Assembly (NCBI GenBank): GCA_003597955.1
Contig: QZJU01000006.1
Span: 34,500-98,499, forward strand
Length of the DNA stretch: 64,000 nucleotides
Direction of reading: 5' to 3'
Origin: Candidatus Parcubacteria bacterium
Lineage (GTDB): Bacteria > Patescibacteriota > Patescibacteriia > PEXW01
The translations under genes and the position numbers were made by a program. This document shows, in pieces, positions 19,566-29,842 of the stretch; position 1 is the stretch's first letter; every line of letters begins with the position of its first letter. The notes under the pieces are model-generated. The model was not told the origin of the DNA, ran no database searches, and saw only the letters and a program-made list of their open reading frames with translations.

Positions 19566-19829
19566 GTGGCAAGTTTTCGGATTTTTGTTGAAGGCCCTAG
19601 GGGCGTTAGCGGGAGAGCCGTTTTGATTCCCGCCAACATTAATATAAGCGAAAAGCGAGTCGTCTTGAGTCTAGGCCTTGGCAAAGAGGAACCAAATTTT
19701 ACGGAATTCTCTAAGGTCATTGCCGATATAGATGAGAGTTTGAAAGCTGCGAATATCCCCCATGAAGTAATGCGGATAAATTCACAACTCAATAACCTGC
19801 CTGACGCAATTGACATTCAGTTCAGGTGA
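19566..19829 (+). CDS. hypothetical small protein
   Basis: GTG start preceded by a strong SD (AAAGGAGGAAAAA). Followed by a hairpin plus T-run at 19848-19880. Confidence 0.45.
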   Translation: MASFRIFVEGPRGVSGRAVLIPANINISEKRVVLSLGLGKEEPNFTEFSKVIADIDESLKAANIPHEVMRINSQLNNLPDAIDIQFR

Positions 19830-19927
19830 CGGCCTTTCGGCTTGAATTACAGCGCTCTTAAAGGGGGGGCGCTTTTTATCCGTGCCGCTCTGTAATCCTT
19901 CAGATACCATCAGCTCTTGTTGGCGGA

Positions 19928-19997
19928 GACTCATTTAATTTTTCCAAAACTTTTTCAAGCTCCCTGGGTAAGCGCGCTTCGAAGGATGATTTTTAAT
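19928..19997 (-). pseudogene. degenerate ~65-nt relic of the 3' end of an RluA-family pseudouridine synthase gene
   Basis: tcatttaatttttccaaaactttttcaagctccctgggtaagcgcgcttcgaaggatgatttttaa aligns at about 80% with the true 3' end of the rluA-like gene at 21875-21945 (ttatttaattttgttaaggattttctcaagctccccgggcaaccgtgcttcgaatgatttttttaa), but is frameshifted. Confidence 0.5.
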
Positions 19998-20032
19998 TAA
20001 TGCCAATTTCACGCATTTACCCCGATTGACAA

Positions 20033-21187
20033 TCATCCAAACATTACCCAGTCAGGCCGAAAAATAAGAAGCAGGCCAATGAAAAAGACGACGACGCCTC
20101 CGATTATACTGGCGATGCGACTGTATTTTCCGTTAAAGCCAATAGAGCGAAAAGTAAATATCGCGATCGCAAAAATCAGCATGTCATCAAGCATAAAAAT
20201 AAATGTGTACAACAGCAGATAGCTATAATGTTGCCAGGACGCGAAGTCGTGCATAGCCAAAATTTGGGTGTAGATAGCCGGCAAACCAGCTGAACAAGCA
20301 AGCTCGATTGTGTTAATCAGTATTGCTAAAATAATAATACCGATTAGCGCTAAGAACAGCGAACGTTTTTGAATTACTTCAGTCATACGATTGGAAATTT
20401 TTTGTTTTTGCTCCAGGTTTGTCACGGTGCATTCTTCAGATTTATTTACAAAAAACCTGCGTATATAGTAAACTCCGACGCCAGCAGCAAAAACGCCGAT
20501 TAGTGCCTGCAACCATCTGACAACCCCGATAAGCTTAAAAAAGTTGAACCAGGCAGCCAAAAATACAAAATAAATTGCAGCTGAAGCTACGATAAAACTT
20601 AAACCAAGAATCCACAAACGCTTTCGGTTTTGCATGCCAATTAACATGCCAATAAGCAGGACTAAAACCCACATTGCGCAGGGGTTGAAGCCATCGAGGG
20701 CCGCAATTATGATGGTTACCATAGGCAAAGAAACGGTGGCCGCATCAATCGAGCCCAAAAGCGGTAAAGAAACCAAAAATGTCCTGGCTTCTTGCGGGGC
20801 TGAAGTTTTTTCGGCTAGTTTGGCTAATTCTTTTTGAAGCAGGGCTTGGATTTGGTTTCCAGTTGTTTCGTTCGTATCAAAACCTACAAGCATTTCGCTG
20901 CCGATAAAAGTGGTCGGAACCCCACTAGCTTGCAGGCCTTTTTCAAGAGTCATTTTTTCCCAAAGTTCCCGATTCTCGACATTAAAATAAATTTCATACA
21001 TCTGGATGTTTATGTCATCCCCGTATTGTTTTTGGAGCTGTTCAAGAAAAATTTTTTCTTTGGCACAATGCGGACAGCCATCTCCCCAGAAAAAATATAT
21101 ATCTACAGCTTTTGCCTGCGTCATAAGCGGAAGACTAGCCGTGAACAGCATGATGAAGCTACAAATTAGCAATTTAATTTTAAGCAT
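20033..21187 (-). CDS. thioredoxin-fold (CPHC) domain fused to a DsbD/CcdA-like thiol-disulfide transporter membrane domain
   Basis: N-terminal signal peptide then FFWGDGCPHCAKEK (Trx CxxC). Polytopic membrane domain with Cys in TM segments (DGFNPCAMWVL…, ELACSAGLPAIY), as in the DsbD_2/CcdA family. Confidence 0.6.
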   Translation of the reverse strand: MLKIKLLICSFIMLFTASLPLMTQAKAVDIYFFWGDGCPHCAKEKIFLEQLQKQYGDDINIQMYEIYFNVENRELWEKMTLEKGLQASGVPTTFIGSEMLVGFDTNETTGNQIQALLQKELAKLAEKTSAPQEARTFLVSLPLLGSIDAATVSLPMVTIIIAALDGFNPCAMWVLVLLIGMLIGMQNRKRLWILGLSFIVASAAIYFVFLAAWFNFFKLIGVVRWLQALIGVFAAGVGVYYIRRFFVNKSEECTVTNLEQKQKISNRMTEVIQKRSLFLALIGIIILAILINTIELACSAGLPAIYTQILAMHDFASWQHYSYLLLYTFIFMLDDMLIFAIAIFTFRSIGFNGKYSRIASIIGGVVVFFIGLLLIFRPDWVMFG

Positions 21188-21464
21188 TTTTATTATGTAT
21201 TGCGATAGCTCGTCCCTCGACCAAGGCCTGGGAAATTTTTTTTCGAGCGACTTGGAGTAAGCGCTGAAAAGTGCTTTGCGAGGTACGCATATGCTGGGCC
21301 GCTTGGGTTTGTTCCAATCCTCGATAGTCTTTTAGCCACAACGCTTCAAATTCTTCAGGCTGGAGCGCAACTACTTTAAGCATTCGCAAGGGCACACCTC
21401 GAGGTTTGTAATAATTAACCACCGGCCGCCGGCAACTATGATGTAAAAACCTGGGTCTTGGCAT
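21180..21464 (-). CDS. DUF134 (UPF0251) family putative DNA-binding protein
   Basis: MPRPRFLHH…VNYYKPRGVPLRMLKVVALQPEEFEALWLKDYRGLEQTQAAQHMRTSQSTFQRLLQVARKKISQALVEG matches the DUF134 consensus. Confidence 0.7.
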   Translation of the reverse strand: MPRPRFLHHSCRRPVVNYYKPRGVPLRMLKVVALQPEEFEALWLKDYRGLEQTQAAQHMRTSQSTFQRLLQVARKKISQALVEGRAIAIHNKNA

Positions 21465-21559
21465 ACTTGATTTTTGCTTAGTTATTTGTTAAGTTTTTTA
21501 ATGAAAGAAGGCCAACCGGCCTCCCACTTTGCGTGAAAGGCCGGCGCGCGTGCCTTCTT

Positions 21560-21811
21560 TTATTTCCGGCGGCCTTTTAAGGCTGCTTTTTCTTCTTTAA
21601 TTGCTTGGAGTTCGGCTTCAAGCAATTTTTCCTCTTCATCTAAAGCCAACATTTCATTTTTAGGCGAAATAAATCTCCGACCAAATCCATTCCAGCCGGC
21701 GCTATAGCCCCGCCCTCGGTACAGACCACCACCGCAAGGGCCTAAGCCCCGTCCTGTGCCAGGCCCGTAACCCATGGGGCCGGTTCCGTCAAATCTAGGC
21801 ATATGAATCAC
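21560..21811 (-). CDS. DUF5320-like glycine-rich protein (frequent partner of DUF134)
   Basis: MPRFDGTGPMGYGPGTGRGLGPCGGG… followed by a C-terminal coiled coil (EEEKLLEAELQAIKEEKAALK). Confidence 0.6.
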   Translation of the reverse strand: MIHMPRFDGTGPMGYGPGTGRGLGPCGGGLYRGRGYSAGWNGFGRRFISPKNEMLALDEEEKLLEAELQAIKEEKAALKGRRK

Positions 21812-21874
21812 CCCCTTTCTATTATGAATATATATTCATAATAGAATAAGGCATATTTTGTGTCAAGCTGGTTT

Positions 21875-22570
21875 TTATTTAATTTTGTTAAGGATTTTCT
21901 CAAGCTCCCCGGGCAACCGTGCTTCGAATGATTTTTTTAAACCGTTTAAATCCGCGAATTCCAATTTCCAAGAATGCAAGAAAGGCCGGTCAAGCTCCAC
22001 TTTTTGTTTGACCTTTTTGGTTCGGTAAACTTTATCGCCGACAATCGGCATGCCATACGCCAAAAGGTGGGCGCGGATTTGGTTTGACCGGCCGGTTTCA
22101 ATTTCAATTTCCAGCAAAGTCAGATGCTGGAATTTTTTTAAAACATAAAAGCGGGTGATGGCTTCGCGGGTTTTTTCCGTAGCCTGCGGTTGGGCGCTCA
22201 TGCGGCCTTTTTTGCGTCGGGAACGCGCCAAAGGGAAGTTAATCACGCCCTCGGGCTTGCCTGGCCGACCGTGCACCAAGGCCAGGTAGATTTTTTTAAT
22301 GGCGTGAGCTTGGAACTGTTTTTTTAAATGCAAAAACATTCTTTGGGTTTTGGGAATGACCATAACTCCCGAAACTTCCATATCCAGGCGATGGACCAGG
22401 CCCGGCCGGCCGGGGTCTTCGCCGACCTCGGCGATCTCGGGGTATTTCCGGATTAGCCAGTGCACCAAAGTCTGCGCCTTTTCATGATGTTCAGCGGGAT
22501 GGACCAATAAGCCGCTGGGCTTATCAATGACTAAGTAGTCAGCGGTTTCTTGGATAATTTTAATATCCAT
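21875..22570 (-). CDS. RluA-family 23S rRNA/tRNA pseudouridine synthase
   Basis: …DYLVIDKPSGLLVHPAE…GLVHRLDMEVSGVMVIPKT… contains the catalytic HRLD motif. Confidence 0.85.
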   Translation of the reverse strand: MDIKIIQETADYLVIDKPSGLLVHPAEHHEKAQTLVHWLIRKYPEIAEVGEDPGRPGLVHRLDMEVSGVMVIPKTQRMFLHLKKQFQAHAIKKIYLALVHGRPGKPEGVINFPLARSRRKKGRMSAQPQATEKTREAITRFYVLKKFQHLTLLEIEIETGRSNQIRAHLLAYGMPIVGDKVYRTKKVKQKVELDRPFLHSWKLEFADLNGLKKSFEARLPGELEKILNKIK

Positions 22571-23312
22571 ATTTTTTTGCCGCGAAGCGGCGTCCCGCTA
22601 CGCTGACCAAACCGGCTTTTTGGCAAAGGACTTGGAATGGTTTTTTTTGCTGAGTGATTTTTTTAAGTTCCATTCGCCAAATTTTCGGCCGAATATTTAG
22701 TTGCGGTAGGGTTTTTACGGTTTTTACCAAAGCAGCCCAGGTCTTTGGTTCGAATTTAAAATTTAATTCCGCAGCTAGCCGCAAAGCCCTTAAAATTCTG
22801 GAATGGTCCTCGGCAAATCTTTGTTTTGGTTGACCCACCGTCGATATTTGTTTTTTTCGCAAATCCGCAACACCACCAAAAGGATCCAGCAATTTTGCTT
22901 TTTTTAAATCCCAAGCCAGGGCATTAATGGTGAAATCCCGCCTTTTTAAATCAGTTTTCACGGGCAGGTTGGGCTTGGCAGTTATTTCAAAATCAAAATA
23001 CTTGCCAGTATTTTTGGCTTTTTCCCGCCTGGGCAGAGCCACATCAATTGCTTGTTTGCCGATTTTTACTGTCAGCACACCCCACTTTTCGCCCTTGGAG
23101 TCAACGGCACCCAGGTTTTTAAGTTGGGATTTCAGTTGGTTTAAAGATATTTTTCTCACCAGCAAGTCCAGATCTTTGATTTTTCTTTTCAGCAAAATGT
23201 CTCTAACTGCCCCGCCGACCAGAAAAACCTCGGCGGATTTTGGCAAGCGCGCCAGGATTGTTTTGATACCCTGGGTGCTGGCTGTGAAGTTGACCATAGC
23301 TGAAGGTAGCAT
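22560..23312 (-). CDS. tRNA nucleotidyltransferase/poly(A) polymerase family protein (head domain only, 250 aa)
   Basis: …EVFLVGGAVRDILLKRKIKDLDLLV… matches the PolyA_pol head domain. Short compared with canonical CCA-adding enzymes. Confidence 0.7.
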   Translation of the reverse strand: MLPSAMVNFTASTQGIKTILARLPKSAEVFLVGGAVRDILLKRKIKDLDLLVRKISLNQLKSQLKNLGAVDSKGEKWGVLTVKIGKQAIDVALPRREKAKNTGKYFDFEITAKPNLPVKTDLKRRDFTINALAWDLKKAKLLDPFGGVADLRKKQISTVGQPKQRFAEDHSRILRALRLAAELNFKFEPKTWAALVKTVKTLPQLNIRPKIWRMELKKITQQKKPFQVLCQKAGLVSVAGRRFAAKKYGY

Positions 23313-23452
23313 ATCTCAACCTTGAAACTTTAACAAAAGTCAGGTAAGACAAAGAGGTAGGCAGATTTTGCTTATGCGGTCTCGCGATCTGAACCTCGCA
23401 TGGTCGAAAGCCTAAAAAACATTTCTTGATTTCTGTGGTCAGCCTGCTTGGC

Positions 23453-23527
23453 CGGCTCCTAGCTCAACGGTAGAGCAGGTGTCTTATACACACCTGGTTC
23501 CAGGTTCGAATCCTGGGGAGCCGACCA
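23453..23527 (+). tRNA. tRNA with anticodon UAU (tRNA-Ile reading AUA)
   Basis: CGGCTCCTAGCTCAACGGTAGAGCAGGTGTCTTATACACACCTGGTTCCAGGTTCGAATCCTGGGGAGCCGACCA has anticodon loop CTTATAC with A37. CCA is encoded. Confidence 0.8.
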
Positions 23528-23666
23528 GTCCGGCGGGCAGTCACACGACCGGTTCCTGGTTTCCATCCTCCGGAGGACGGGCGAGTCCAGGGGCGCGTGC
23601 CAGAAGTTAGAGAAATTAACAAACAAAAAGACGCCAACAACTTTTGGTTGTGTGTTTTTTTAGAGC

Positions 23667-24716
23667 TTATTTAAAATTCTTGCCCGAAGTTATTGCGGCA
23701 GCGGAGTTTTTGCCAAGATTCCCCCATTTGCCGAACCAGCGGATGAGTTTAGAAACAATCAAGCCCTCTTCCAGTTTTAAGAAAAACAGAGCGGTGGCTA
23801 CGAATTGGAAAGTTGAGAATATGCTCGTCAGCAAAATTGAGATGATTACAAAAATTACAAAAGAAGCATTGAGATAGTTTACCAAACCGGGCACAGCCGT
23901 GGTGGCCGAGCTGAAAAGAATGTTGATTATATTGGGCAGAAAAATTACGCTAATAATTGTGGCCGCGATTACCAATATTAAGAAAATCAAAAAGGCCATT
24001 TCCAAGGTGGCCAGCCAATTCTTGATGAAAAGTCGCCAGGCCGAAACGATGGCTGCTTTTAATTTTAAATTCTTTATCACCGCGTAGGCCGAAGCGTATT
24101 GCAGAAGAAAGGCGACAATCACGGCAATGGGCACCAGGATAATAAAATTCAAGAATAGCAAAAGATTCGCCCAGAATTCTTGACCGCGAATGAAATATAA
24201 AGCCAGCAAAGGCAAGCCCAGAACAATCACTAAACCCGTGGTGATTATGTGATTAAAAAGATTCAGCCAGAAAACCGGCCAGAATTTTCGAGTCCCGTCC
24301 CTAAAACTTTCTTCCGGCTGGACCAGTTTTCCCTGTCGGAATTTATCCGTAGCCGAGATCAAAGCGCCTTGTGAAAGTACCGAAAGCCAGACGCAGAAAA
24401 CGAAAATGCCCAAGATGATAAGGATTGCCAAAAGATTGGCGAAAGTCAGATTGGCGAAAAATAGCTTGATGTTATTGAAGATGTATTCCAGAGTTTTGGA
24501 TTCGTATAAAATTCTGGCATTATTCAGGTTTTCGCCCTGATTTTCCAAAAAGGTCACATTGTTAAAAAACGCTCGAAATCCGCTGGCCACGCCCGAGTTC
24601 AGCAGAATTGCAAAAAAGCCGAAAAACCACAAATACTTGTGCCGCCAAGTCATGCGCCAGGCCTCGATGAGTGTTTGCCGGTAGATTGAAGTTTTCATAT
24701 TTTTATCTTCCTCCAT
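23667..24716 (-). CDS. hypothetical polytopic membrane protein
   Basis: 349 aa with multiple TM helices. No recognisable catalytic motif. Confidence 0.5.
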   Translation of the reverse strand: MEEDKNMKTSIYRQTLIEAWRMTWRHKYLWFFGFFAILLNSGVASGFRAFFNNVTFLENQGENLNNARILYESKTLEYIFNNIKLFFANLTFANLLAILIILGIFVFCVWLSVLSQGALISATDKFRQGKLVQPEESFRDGTRKFWPVFWLNLFNHIITTGLVIVLGLPLLALYFIRGQEFWANLLLFLNFIILVPIAVIVAFLLQYASAYAVIKNLKLKAAIVSAWRLFIKNWLATLEMAFLIFLILVIAATIISVIFLPNIINILFSSATTAVPGLVNYLNASFVIFVIISILLTSIFSTFQFVATALFFLKLEEGLIVSKLIRWFGKWGNLGKNSAAAITSGKNFK

Positions 24717-24787
24717 ACCGGTTCAGTATATCAAAAATACCGTGGCCTAGGAAAAGCCGTGAAAAAAATTCAGAATCCGCAGTTTTT

Positions 24788-26626
24788 TTAGACTTTTACC
24801 TTAACGGGCAGGAACTTTTTTGTTAAGTCGGCGAATTCTTCCTGCTCGATGGTTTCGTGGTCAAGCAGGGCGGAAACAATCGCATCCAAGGCCTCTCGGT
24901 ATTTGCGGATCACTTTCTTGGCGGTTTCCGCGGCTTGCTTCAGGAATCTGTCAACGGCCGCGTCAATGGCCTCGGCGATTTTTTCTGAGTAGTCCCTTTG
25001 CTCGGTTATTTCGCGGCCCAAAAAGATTAAATCATCTTTCATGCCAAAGGTTCGGGCGCCCAACTCGCTCATACCATAATCCGTAACGAGCTTGCGCGCC
25101 AGGCGCGTGGCTTGGCGCAGATCGTTTTGCGCGCCCGTGGTAATGTCGCCAAAAATTTCCCTTTCCGCAACTTGGCCGGCCAGCATCACGGCTAAATCGT
25201 CCAAAAATTCCTTACGTGGATGTAAGTGCTTGTCGGTTTCTGGCAATTTCAAAGTATAGCCGGCAGCCTGGCCGCGGGAGATAATAGAAACTTTATGCAC
25301 GGGATCAGTGTGGGGCAAAGCGGCGGCAACCAAAGCGTGGCCAGCCTCGTGCACGGCCGTGATCTTCTTTTCTTGGTCGCTTAAAATGTGACTTTTTCTT
25401 TCCGGGCCCAGCAGAACTTTTTCAATTGATTCCAGGCAGTCAGATAAGTTAACCTGCTTGCGGTTGCGTCGCGCCGCCAAAATCGCCGCTTCATTCAGAA
25501 GGTTGGCCAGGTCGGCGCCGGAAAAACCGGGCGTGCGCTGGGCGACTTTATTCAGATCGACATCCGGCCCCAAAGGCTTTTGTCGGCTGTGGACTTTCAG
25601 AATCTCGACGCGGCTTTTCAGGTCCGGCGGATCCAGAATTACGCGACGATCAAAGCGCCCGGGCCGCAAAAGCGCGGGATCCAAGACATCGGGTCGGTTG
25701 GTGGCTGCAATTATAATCACATTGGTTTCCGTATCAAAACCATCCATTTCTACCAAAATTTGATTTAGGGTCTGTTCTCTTTCATCGTGGCTGCCGCCCA
25801 AACCCGTGCCGCGTTGGCGCGCCACCGCATCGATTTCGTCCACGAAGATTATGCTCGGCGCGGCCTTTTTGGCACGACGGAACAGGTCCCGCACCCGGGA
25901 AGCGCCAACACCCACAAACATTTCCACGAATTCCGAACCTGACATATGAAAGAAAGGGACATTGGCTTCGCCGGCAACGGCTTTGGCGAGCAAGGTTTTG
26001 CCCGTACCCGGCGCGCCCACCAACAAAACCCCCTTGGGAATTTTTGCGCCCAAGTCCGTGAATTTTTTGGGAAACTTCAAAAAGTCAACCACTTCCACTA
26101 GTTCCTGTTTGGCCTCCTGCACGCCCGCCACATCTTTAAAAGTGACTTTGACTTTCTGTTTTTCACGCTCATTTTCTTTGGCCAGGCTTTGGCCGAAAGA
26201 CATGGCGCGGTTGTTGACATTCTGAGCTTGGCGCATCATAAACCAGAAAAAACCGATGAACAACAGAACCGGCAGGGCGATCGGCAGAATGGCGCTTAAC
26301 CAAAGCGAAGCACCAGAAGGCTGTTTGACGCTGATTTCCAAAGCCGAAATTTTTTCCGGCGGTACACCGTAGTTTTTCAGAACCGTGGTAAAGGAATCGG
26401 CCGATTCTTTGAAGGAAGTTTGTTTTTCCCCGTTGGTTAAAGTTAAATTCAGCTTATCTCCGGAAATTTGCACGCTTTTAATCTGGCCGTTCTGAATTTG
26501 GGTAATAGCTTCTGCCAGGCTAACATTCTTGGCTCGGTTGCTTTCGCTGTTAATCGTGGAAAATACCAAAGAAACAATAAAAAGCGCCAGAAGTCCGACC
26601 ACGAGATTTTTGCTTAAATTTTTCAT
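24788..26626 (-). CDS. ftsH: ATP-dependent zinc metalloprotease FtsH
   Basis: [26 protein letters not shown] (Walker A), [23 protein letters not shown], and HEAGHAL (zinc site). Confidence 0.95.
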   Translation of the reverse strand: MKNLSKNLVVGLLALFIVSLVFSTINSESNRAKNVSLAEAITQIQNGQIKSVQISGDKLNLTLTNGEKQTSFKESADSFTTVLKNYGVPPEKISALEISVKQPSGASLWLSAILPIALPVLLFIGFFWFMMRQAQNVNNRAMSFGQSLAKENEREKQKVKVTFKDVAGVQEAKQELVEVVDFLKFPKKFTDLGAKIPKGVLLVGAPGTGKTLLAKAVAGEANVPFFHMSGSEFVEMFVGVGASRVRDLFRRAKKAAPSIIFVDEIDAVARQRGTGLGGSHDEREQTLNQILVEMDGFDTETNVIIIAATNRPDVLDPALLRPGRFDRRVILDPPDLKSRVEILKVHSRQKPLGPDVDLNKVAQRTPGFSGADLANLLNEAAILAARRNRKQVNLSDCLESIEKVLLGPERKSHILSDQEKKITAVHEAGHALVAAALPHTDPVHKVSIISRGQAAGYTLKLPETDKHLHPRKEFLDDLAVMLAGQVAEREIFGDITTGAQNDLRQATRLARKLVTDYGMSELGARTFGMKDDLIFLGREITEQRDYSEKIAEAIDAAVDRFLKQAAETAKKVIRKYREALDAIVSALLDHETIEQEEFADLTKKFLPVKVKV

Positions 26627-26736
26627 AAGTTAAAGCCAATTAACTTAGACTGCAGTGGGCGTAGTATACTGGCAAAAACCGATTTAATCAACTCTGTACT
26701 CGAGCGGGGCGAATGGTGCGGGGCCAAGCGCCATAC

Positions 26737-27942
26737 TTAGGCTGTGGACTTTGATTCGGTTTTAGTTTCCGCGTCCCCTGCCTTAGCCTCATCGACCAGA
26801 GCGGTGCTGGCCGCTTCTGTTTCGCTGGCTTTTTCCGTTTCGGCTTCAGGTACAGGCCCCAGGGCTTTCACGGATAAGCCCAGCCGGTGTTGCGCCGGAT
26901 CAAAAGAAATAATTTTGAATTCGCGCGTTTCGCCCGGCCGGAGAATTTCCGAAGGCTCTTTTATGCGCTTATGGGAAAGCTCGGATATGTGGCAAAGCCC
27001 GTGTATGACATCGTCCAATTCCACAAAAGCGCCAAATGTATTCAACCGCGCGATTTTGCCTTTTACCGTATCTCCGACTTTATACTTTTCGGCCGCGTGG
27101 TGCCAGGGATCGTCGGCCAATCTTTTTAAGGAGAGAGAAATTTTTGAACCCTCAATGCCGATAATCATGGCCTTGATCGGTTGGCCAACCTGGTAATGCT
27201 CGCGGGGGTTGTCGATTCTTTGCCAGGAAAGTTCCGAGATGTGGACCAAGCCTTCCAAATTGTCGCCAAAACCGATAAAAATGCCAAAATCGACAATGCC
27301 CGTGACTTTGCCTTCGATAATTTGGTTCAATTGAAAACCCCGCAGGGCTTCAACGCGTTCTTCTTCCCAGGCGGCTTTTTCCGAAACGATTAGTTTATTG
27401 GCGGCTTCATCAATGTCCAGAATTTTTACGGTCAGGTTTTGGCCGACAAAGCGATTCAGCAATTCCAAAATTTTATTTTTATCGCCGCCTTCAACTCGCG
27501 GGTAATGTTCAGGCGTTAATTGCGAGACCGGCAAAAAACCGTCGATGCGTCCGACTTTAACCATTAAACCACCCTTATTCGCGGCGACCACACTAACCCT
27601 GATCGGTTCTTTGCTGGCCAACAAAGCGTCCAATTCGTTCCAGGCCTTTTCGTGTCCGGCCAAGCGGAAAGAAAGTTCCATTTCCCCGTTTTCATTTTCC
27701 AAATCTAAGACCGTCGCCTTGGCCAAATTCCCGATTTTCAAGCTGGCGGTTTCCCCGGATTCATCAATAAGTTCCTTGCCCCTGACCACGCCGGTTAATA
27801 TTCCACCGATGTCAAGATGGATTTCGGATTTTGATAAGGCAATTACCTTGCCTTCAACCACTTCACCAACTTTTGGGAATTTTGGCTGATCGGAGGAATT
27901 TAAAAGTGTACCAAATTCTGACTGCGGATTTTTGGAATTCAT
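26737..27942 (-). CDS. rpsA: 30S ribosomal protein S1 (short form with 4 S1 domains)
   Basis: Repeated S1 domains (…GEVVEGKVIAL…, …GTVKGKIARLNTFGAFVEL…). Start taken as ATG 27942 (MNSKNPQSEFG…). The track ORF extends upstream to 28185 through non-S1-like sequence. Confidence 0.8.
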   Translation of the reverse strand: MNSKNPQSEFGTLLNSSDQPKFPKVGEVVEGKVIALSKSEIHLDIGGILTGVVRGKELIDESGETASLKIGNLAKATVLDLENENGEMELSFRLAGHEKAWNELDALLASKEPIRVSVVAANKGGLMVKVGRIDGFLPVSQLTPEHYPRVEGGDKNKILELLNRFVGQNLTVKILDIDEAANKLIVSEKAAWEEERVEALRGFQLNQIIEGKVTGIVDFGIFIGFGDNLEGLVHISELSWQRIDNPREHYQVGQPIKAMIIGIEGSKISLSLKRLADDPWHHAAEKYKVGDTVKGKIARLNTFGAFVELDDVIHGLCHISELSHKRIKEPSEILRPGETREFKIISFDPAQHRLGLSVKALGPVPEAETEKASETEAASTALVDEAKAGDAETKTESKSTA

Positions 27943-28121
27943 ATAACAAAAAAATGACTTAACCGTGGCCTTGTTTAGGAAACATGAGGCCCCTGGCTCG
28001 CCCTGCACGTTAGCAGGACGATTGGCGAATCGTAAAAAATCGAAAAGTACAAGCTTAAGTATCCTACTTTGGCTGTAATAATTAAGCAAGATATTGACGA
28101 AATTGAGTTTTTTTGGTATAG

Positions 28122-29088
28122 TATGCGCATGGTTAAATCCCGCACGCCAAATCTTCGCACTAATGAAATAAAAAAACTCGCCCATACTTTGGTTTCCAAG
28201 GCTTCAGACAAATGGGGCCAGAAACCGATTTCCAAGCAGGAGTTTAAAAAATTGGTGGAAAGAGCCCCAGGCGAACATTTTTCGCAAATTCGAAGCGGCC
28301 GGAAATTTTTTTCGCCCCACGAAACCAAAAATTTTTTTAAGGAGTTCGTGAAGCATATTCAAGAACATCCCGAGTACAAACTCTCCACAGCCGCGCGGAA
28401 AGTTTTTAATGTGCGTCTGCACCAAGGCGATAATGCGATTGAAAATTTCGATCCGGAGAAAATCGGGAAAAAGGGCCTGGCTTTCGTGGCCCAAGCGCAA
28501 AAAGAGGCTGATGCAAAATTAAACACCGGGCCGACCGAAGAGGAAAAATTAAAGCAGTTGCGCCGGGAACGCGCCATGAAATTTTTAAATGTGTATCGCA
28601 GCAAGCAGCAGCGCGACGCCATGGCAAGCGGCAAAGGCTCGGGCCCCCCTTCAAGCATCAGCCAAGCCCAAACAAAGCAAGCCACGGGCTCAGTGGTTTC
28701 CCACGAAGGCGCGGGCACCATTGCTGGCGCCAGCCAAGTCGCCGGCCAAAGTGGGCAGGCCAGCGCCTCGATTGCCAATCAGCCAAAGGCGGATCAAGCC
28801 GGTCAACAGGATTCCGCCAGCCCCACACCTCTGGCCGCGGGCTTGCGCCAAGCCGGCAAGCCGGACTCAACTGAACCCACTAAGATAAAAATTCCAAAAA
28901 TCGGCCCGGCTGACGAACCGGCCAAAGATCAGCCAACCGATGCGCAATCCCAAGAATCAAACCAGGATTTAGCGGGCCGCTACGCGGCCGAAAAATCTGC
29001 GGCGCCAAAACCCGAAACCGAAGAAGCCGAGTCCGAAAAAGAGCCCAAAATTAAAGCCTCGGAAGTGGATAAAGACCTGCCGCTTTAA
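28122..29088 (+). CDS. hypothetical protein with a disordered Q/A/S/P/K-rich C-terminal half
   Basis: Ordered N-terminal part then a low-complexity tail. TTGACG-N17-TATAGT promoter-like sequence (28093-28121) abuts the first ATGs, so a leaderless start is possible. Confidence 0.45.
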
Positions 29089-29183
29089 GCCTTAAAATCG
29101 CTTGCTAATTCCGGTTTTTTTTGCTAACCTAAGCTTAAAAGCAAGCGATTTTTCCGTCTTTAAAAACCTGATTAAATTAGTGT

Positions 29184-29834
29184 ATGATAATCACCTGGTT
29201 CGGTCATTCCTGCTTTAAAATTCAAACCCCAAACGCTGTAGTTTTAATTGATCCGTATTCGCCCAGCATCGGCTTAAAAATGCCCAAGGTTAGCGCAGAT
29301 CTGGTTTTGATAACCCATGGCCATGACGACCACAACAATTTAGACTGTTTAAACGGCACGCCATTTATCGTTGATGCGCCGGGCGAATATGAGGTTCGTG
29401 GAATTTTTGCTCACGGCATCCCGGCTTTTCATGATGATAAAAATGGTACGGAAAGAGGCGGGATCACAATTTATAATTTGGAAGCCGAAGATATAAAATT
29501 GGCGCATTTGGGCGATTTGGGCCAAAAAAAGTTAACCGATGAGCAGTTTGAACATTTAAACGGCGTGGATATCTTATTTATTCCAGTCGGCGGCACGTAC
29601 ACAATTGACGGCAAAGCCGCGGCGGAATTAATTACCGAACTGGAGCCGCGGATTGTTATCCCGATGCACTATAAGGTGCCAGGCCTAAGCGCTAAATTAA
29701 ATTTGAGTGGCGTGGAAAATTTTATGAAGCACATGGGCATTACTAGCAATGGCCGTGAAGATAAGTTAAAAGTTGCAAAAAAAGACTTGCCCCAGGAAGA
29801 CACTCGCGTTGTAATTCTCCGGCCAGCAGTTTAA
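29184..29834 (+). CDS. MBL-fold metallo-hydrolase
   Basis: …LVLITHGHDDHNN… (HxHxDH motif) with further His/Asp ligands downstream. Confidence 0.8.
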   Translation: MIITWFGHSCFKIQTPNAVVLIDPYSPSIGLKMPKVSADLVLITHGHDDHNNLDCLNGTPFIVDAPGEYEVRGIFAHGIPAFHDDKNGTERGGITIYNLEAEDIKLAHLGDLGQKKLTDEQFEHLNGVDILFIPVGGTYTIDGKAAAELITELEPRIVIPMHYKVPGLSAKLNLSGVENFMKHMGITSNGREDKLKVAKKDLPQEDTRVVILRPAV

Positions 29835-29842
29835 TAGTTTTT

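Noticed and set aside
27943-28185. 81-residue N-terminal extension of the rpsA ORF in the six-frame track
   Set aside because: The extension is hydrophobic and aromatic junk (MGEFFYFISAKIWRAGFNH…) unlike any S1 N-terminus, and it overlaps the divergent promoter region of 28122. Start moved to ATG 27942.
28204-28888. Cluster of overlapping ORFs (28204..28500-, 28359..28778-, 28406..28654-, 28589..28888+, 28658..28870-)
   Set aside because: All are alternative or antisense frames through the GC-rich low-complexity tail of 28122..29088 (Ala/Pro/Arg/Trp-rich artefacts).
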